Source of the DNA: Carpediemonas membranifera BICM
Lineage: Eukaryota; Protista; Fornicata
Length of the DNA: 64,000 bases
Direction of reading: 5' to 3'
Assembly (NCBI GenBank): GCA_019828565.1
Contig: JAHDYR010000012.1
Coordinates: 1,297,780 to 1,361,779 of the forward strand
Shown piece by piece: positions 58,849 through 64,000 of this stretch (position 1 is the first letter of the stretch; each line of letters starts with the position of its first letter). Under the pieces are notes generated by a model that worked only from the letters and a program-made list of their open reading frames with translations, had not been told where the DNA came from and did no database searches. The position numbers and the translations under genes are program-made.

Positions 58849-59478
58849 ATGAACTTCGGTGGGTCAATAACGCTTGTTTTCGGGCCAATGTTCAGTGGAA
58901 AAACGACAGAGCTGATTAGATTGTGCGACAGACAGCAACTAGCTGGACGAAAGGTCCTCGTCATCAAGTATTCCAAGGATACGCGCTACACAGCTAACGA
59001 TGAGGTATCAACGCATGTAGGGCACACGTTGCCGGCGATTCCGACGGACAAGCTGTTCTCAGTCTCCGATGCAGCCCTTGACGCCGAGGTCATCGGCATC
59101 GACGAGGGCCAGTTCTTCCCCGACATTGTCCAGTTCGCAGACGACATGGCCAACGCCGGCAAACACGTCATCGTGGCGGCGCTGGACGGCACCTTCCGCC
59201 GCGACCCCTTCCCGTCGCGTGTGATTGACCTTCTTCCCCGGGCCGAGCACGTCACGAAGCTCAGCGCCGTCTGCCACATCTGCGGGAGGAACGCGCCCTT
59301 CTCCAGACGTATCACGGCAGACACCGACGTCGAGGTGATTGGCGGTGCGGACATGTACGTCGCCGTCTGCCGCCACTGCTTCCACGCGGACGTCACAGAG
59401 GGCCTCAAGGTCGACCCCAAGAGCAGGAGTCCGGTGAGGAACATGCTTACTGTCCCAGAGCCCCCCAGGTCGTGGTGA
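58849..59478 (+). CDS. TK1: Thymidine kinase (TK1 type)
   Basis: GPMFSGKTTEL, DTRY, IGIDEGQFF, AALDGTF, CHIC...GGADMYVAVCRHC. Confidence 0.96.
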   Translation: MNFGGSITLVFGPMFSGKTTELIRLCDRQQLAGRKVLVIKYSKDTRYTANDEVSTHVGHTLPAIPTDKLFSVSDAALDAEVIGIDEGQFFPDIVQFADDMANAGKHVIVAALDGTFRRDPFPSRVIDLLPRAEHVTKLSAVCHICGRNAPFSRRITADTDVEVIGGADMYVAVCRHCFHADVTEGLKVDPKSRSPVRNMLTVPEPPRSW

Positions 59479-59811
59479 TGCCGGCCAAGTGTTCACAATA
59501 GACTGTGCCGGACAACACGTCTAATTGATTCAAGTGTATGCGAGTTTAAGCCAAGATGTGAGCGCTGTGGCGAATTCCCCGAATGGGACAAGTCGGCTGG
59601 GCTCGGCTGGGTTGGGTTGAGGCGTCGTTCCCCTCGAAGAATGATAAATTTTGGGCAGCCGGTCATGGACACACCCTGCGGCGTCTGGCGTCTTAACGGC
59701 TCACGCTTTTCTCGCACCCTTGCCCCATGATTTGGGCGGATTTTGATTTGAAGTGGGCAAGCGGAACGCGATCGATGGCATATCGACGCCGGTGCCACGC
59801 CAATTCAATTC

Positions 59812-60651
59812 ATGCTTAACTACGACCTATTCGATGCTGTACATACTTTTAGAGTCAATGCGTCGGCTGTGCACCGTGCATTCATGAGCTGGAAGTGCAT
59901 CGAGTACCGCGAGTCCAAGGAGACCGTTCAACCGGCGTTCTTTGATGTTTCCCCGGAGGATCCTGACGTAGAACTGGTCAGGAAGGAACTAGATGCGTGT
60001 TCCACGATTTGTATCGAGGCGGACAAGTGGCAACACGCGTCGCTCCTCGCTGACGGAAAGAAGGTCACACTGATCGTTAAAAACGTGCCATCAGAGCATG
60101 AGCTAGCCAAGCTGCAGGCTACTGGCGCTGTAGCTCTCCAGTACGCCCTCCAGCCCGAGTCCCTCGCCTGGCCCAAGCCCCAGTGGTCTCGACTCGCAGA
60201 CTCAGTCCACGCCGCCAAGGAGGCCGGATTCCACGTCAAGGCCATGGTCCCTCGTGTACCGTCACTCCAACAGGCTGCCCGCACCGCCCTCCGCGCCATA
60301 GCCTGCGGGGTCGACATGATTTACGACAACCACGCCCACGCCGTCCCAGCAACAGCTATTGTACTTGCCAGGGCTGTGAGGTTTGCCCGGGAGGTCGACC
60401 CCAGCATCACTGTGGGCCTCAAGGTCAACGGTGCCACGACAGACCACGACATGGTCATCAGCCTCGTCCGTCGAGAGCTCGGCTTCGAGTTGACCCCGCA
60501 GAACTTCCGGCTCGAGGTTCCGAGGTCAGTGACGGTGTCACGGCCGATCGCGCTGGTGGGGGACGGGATGAACTGGATTCACTCTGCCCATCGGATGATG
60601 AAGGAGAGCGGGCAGTTCACTCACGGGGCTGGGCCGGACGTATTCCTCTAA
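59812..60651 (+). CDS. Divergent deoxyribose-phosphate aldolase (DERA/DeoC)-like protein
   Basis: AIACGVDMI, AIVLARAVR...VGLKVNG...VRRELG..LTPQNFRL resemble the DeoC C-terminal half. Confidence 0.5.
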   Translation: MLNYDLFDAVHTFRVNASAVHRAFMSWKCIEYRESKETVQPAFFDVSPEDPDVELVRKELDACSTICIEADKWQHASLLADGKKVTLIVKNVPSEHELAKLQATGAVALQYALQPESLAWPKPQWSRLADSVHAAKEAGFHVKAMVPRVPSLQQAARTALRAIACGVDMIYDNHAHAVPATAIVLARAVRFAREVDPSITVGLKVNGATTDHDMVISLVRRELGFELTPQNFRLEVPRSVTVSRPIALVGDGMNWIHSAHRMMKESGQFTHGAGPDVFL

Positions 60652-60852
60652 ATAGGCTGTTTAGCAGTGCGCCATGGTCTGATTGAAGTCAATCCATTCA
60701 TGGCTGTCGTGACTTTGGGGTCAGGATGACGACCCAAGGCGGGTTGCCTCAGTTGTTGACAGAGCCGCACTCTCCTTAGTTGAGCGGCATCTGCAGCCGG
60801 CATGTTTAGCGTGTCATCTCCTCTCCGTGCAAAATACCGTCGGCAAACGACA

Positions 60853-61533
60853 ATGATGCTCGAAGGACATGATGAGAGCTTCAATGAGAGCCCAAAGGCC
60901 AATGGAGAGGTTAGCTTAGGTGTATGTCTCGTTTCTCCGCTTCTTACGTAGACTACCATCATGGCCATCCGCTTTGACCATGGCGTCGTCATGGCGGCCG
61001 ATTCCCGGACAACAACCGGTTCATTCATCGCTAACCGTGTAACAGACAAGATCTATAAGGTTACAGACAACATATACTGCTGCCGCTCTGGCTCTGCGGC
61101 CGACACGCAGGCCATTTCCGACATTGTGAAGGCAAATCTCACCGTCCACTCGCTCGAGCTCGGGCAGCCTCCTGCTGTGAACACAGCTGCCAAGGTATTC
61201 CGCTCCATGTGCTACAAATACCGCGACCAGCTCTCGGCCGGCATCATTGTCGGCGGCGTGGACTCCACAGGCCCCCACGTCTATTCCATCCCCCTGGGTG
61301 GCTCAGTCGTCGAGCAGCCGTTCTCTATCGGTGGGTCTGGCTCCACATACATCTACGGCTACTGTGACGCCCACTACAGGCCCGGGATGAGCAAGGAGGA
61401 GTGCATCGAGTTCGCCAAGAGCTGCGTCGCCCTCGCCATGTCTAGAGACGGCAGCTCGGGTGGGCTGATCAGGCTGGCCGTCATTACCCCGGACGGGGTC
61501 GAGCGGCAGGTCGTTACGGGCATCGAGCAGTGA
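60853..61533 (+). CDS. PSMB6: 20S proteasome subunit beta1; 30-nt intron 60922-60951
   Basis: EVSLG|TTIMA...[47 protein letters not shown]; GTATGT...TAG intron at the propeptide junction. Confidence 0.96.
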
Positions 61534-63239
61534 GGTCGTGATTGAATAAAAACGGTGCAATAGATGACTCGGCTGTTATGACGGTCTAGTTCTGTGTCAT
61601 ATAATGTGCCTGGGTCGTGCTGCATTGTATGCCACTGGCTGTGGGTCGAGTCACATCTCGGCCCCGAATGAACAGCCCACACCGATGCTTTAAGGGCTCA
61701 TCCATGGCAAATCAACGCAGAGGAGAGGAGGGACTAGGCGTGTGCAAGGGCAGGCCGGGATGCTAGCCCTCTGGCACACAGCGAAATCGGTCTGGGTCGG
61801 TCAGACCCATGTCAACCAGACACCATCACTCGAAATAGTGCGTGAATGCATGCTTTGGAGCTCATTCCGAAGCTATATCGGCGATCAGTTTGGTGGGCGA
61901 CATGTTCACCTGCCTTTCGAAATCCTCTCGAGACTGCGGGTCCGAAGCTGAGCGATGCCGTCACCTCGACTACTACCATCGAATCGCCGTCGCTCTGCCA
62001 TAATGCTTGTATAGCCCTCTAACATCTGGATCCGGGCCATTACCAGCAGGCGCACACTGGAAGTATGCGTTTGGAGTCGGCCCAAACTTCGATTTCGACC
62101 GACATCGAACATGACGAGTAGAGGTCGGAGAGGGCTGAAACTCACACAATTGCACTATAGGAGAAGCTCATACAGGATGGCTGACCCATCTTAGTCTTTA
62201 AACTCCCAATCGTAATTTCTGGTGTCGCCGAAAATGACGACTCAGGATGACTCGATCCACCCTCAGCCCGCACCCAATGGCATAACACTAGGTACTAGGT
62301 CTGGGTATAGTGTGATTGCCTCATCCGCAGCCTTGAACACAACGTCCACCAGACCACCGTCCTCGAGATGGCCGCGCAGAATACGCCATCATTTTTCTTA
62401 AGATCCTGGTTGACGCAAGCAAGGGCCTGGACACGAACTGGACCCCTGCATCGTTCACGTTTGATCTTTATCTCACCTTGATTCAGGGCAACTTCAGAGT
62501 GAGGAGGAGCTTCAGGGCTGGTGGATCCGCTGGACCCCGTCCCAGACAGTCCCAGTAACCACCCAGTCGCCTGACCAGTGGGAGCCTTCTGGCTGACTCT
62601 GCCCAGTTCTTGGTCTGTAATATTTTTTCGCACATTCCTTCGCGAGCTCGAATAATCGTTCTCCAAGCACCTCTGCTGCTATATTTGTGTAGGATGCACA
62701 TTTAAGACATATAGATCACGATTCTTCGCTTTCGCTCTCTCAGTTTCGGTCACTTCTTCGTGCCGAACTAAACAACATCAATCAGGTGCGCCGACGGGAC
62801 CCTGGAGCGGCAACAAGGTAAGTCCGCCACCATCAAATGATGTCAAAATCCTAGCTGTGCGCCACGGCGTCTTCGGACCCGTGGTATTGCATTGGCCTCT
62901 GGCCCTTGCTGCACACCGGGACATCCGCGCCACCTTACACGGCGCGGAACCCGGCTTCTAGCTAGGAGCGCGCGGGCGGTGTGTGACTGCCGCGCGGACA
63001 TCAGATGGACCTAGGACAGTGAGCCTAGATGATACACTTGGACGACCCAGCAGCTGCTGGCGGTTGGCGAGTGTATGCGGGAGGGCAAGCCCGCGGCGTG
63101 GAGCCCCATCTGTGAGTCACACCCATGGGGGGTCATTTTCGTCCGAAAATTCCATTTGCCAGACTAGCGAATACGAGCTCTAGGGCTTGAAATCAGGTCG
63201 AGTTCGAATATCTGAAGCCGGCGAGGGAATGTGTCACCA

Positions 63240-63690
63240 GTTCAACGGTATTTGGAACCCCGAGGTCATTCATGTTTGAGAAGGACTTTGCGCCGGCTGC
63301 TTTGGCGATGAGCTCGTCAACCACTGGCGGGGGAACGTGATCGACACTGTAGCGTCGTTAAGAGCATGGTAATCGACACACAGCCTTAAAGGTGGGTCAT
63401 CCGAATCATTTCCGGACCACGAGGGGACCCACTGAGACTTGACCTGCACTCACAACCCCGTATCACGGAGTCGACTTTGGATTTATCTCTGTTGGCACGT
63501 AAACACATTGATCTGACTCTGACCGACTCTCCAGGGGCAGGTTGGCCGAAGCCAGCTTGCTCAGGGTCTCCTTTGCCGCGACGATTGAGACTGTGAAATA
63601 CTCAAGCGGCTCGGGAGGGACGTCGACCGAGTCACCAAGCAGATCGTGGTTGGGTTGTTCATGCAACAAGCATCTCGTTGACCTCATCAG
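63240..63690 (-). pseudogene. Degenerate Ty3/Gypsy RT fragment
   Basis: Minus strand around 63270-63390 reads LRLCVDYHALNDAT...VDELIAKAAGAKSFS with a frameshift. Confidence 0.7.
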
Positions 63691-64000
63691 TACTCAGCAG
63701 CCTAAGCTGTCATGGTAATGGTTGACAGCCCCTGAGAGCGCCGCGAGGAGAGCAGACAAGCACAAGCGTTCTTCGTCTTGCCCCCAGGGTGCACTGCAGA
63801 CGCATTGGCGGGCTTGGGTACGAACACGGGCATGGGGAACTGGACAAGGCGAGTTGCCATGCCGGGTTTCTCGCTTGCGACCAGCAGCGCCGTGAGTCCC
63901 TTCACCCAGGCTTGGTTGGAGATGCGCCCCTATGGTTGCGGCATGTCTCTAGGAGCGACTTTGACCCCAGTTGACCCCAGTCGACGTTGGCTGACTCCGT

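Noticed and set aside
62295-62666. Possible integrase relic (VNQDLKKMM...W) on the minus strand
   Set aside because: Too degenerate to support.

Overview
Eukaryotic DNA from a gene-dense, flagellated protist (about 30-nt GT-AG introns; BBS2, BBS5, ATAT1, proteasome beta1). Many ORFs are broken by single-base shifts in homopolymer runs, probably long-read errors. There are three zones. (1) 1-11.2 kb: an accessory gene cluster (Ser/Thr kinase, SET, HEPN-like, PHD finger) punctuated by three copies of a 375-465 bp repeat. (2) 11.8-39.4 kb: a nest of young retroelements. A ~13 x 655 bp tandem array is interrupted by a Ty3/Gypsy element with 63-bp LTRs. That element is itself interrupted by an RT-less LINE-like element carrying an AP endonuclease and a Maelstrom/arenavirus-NP-like DEDDh nuclease. 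Next comes a degenerate LINE 3' half interrupted by a second Gypsy that carries a spliced antisense chromodomain-like gene. (3) 39.4-64 kb: housekeeping genes, a third Gypsy, a Fanzor/TnpB remnant and a Gypsy RT relic. Most striking: in all three sequence-divergent Gypsy elements, a perfect AT-rich palindrome starting exactly at the terminal A of the 5' LTR replaces the tRNA primer-binding site, suggesting tRNA-independent priming. Also notable: a covarying ~50-nt structured motif is shared by both LINE 3' regions and the tandem unit.
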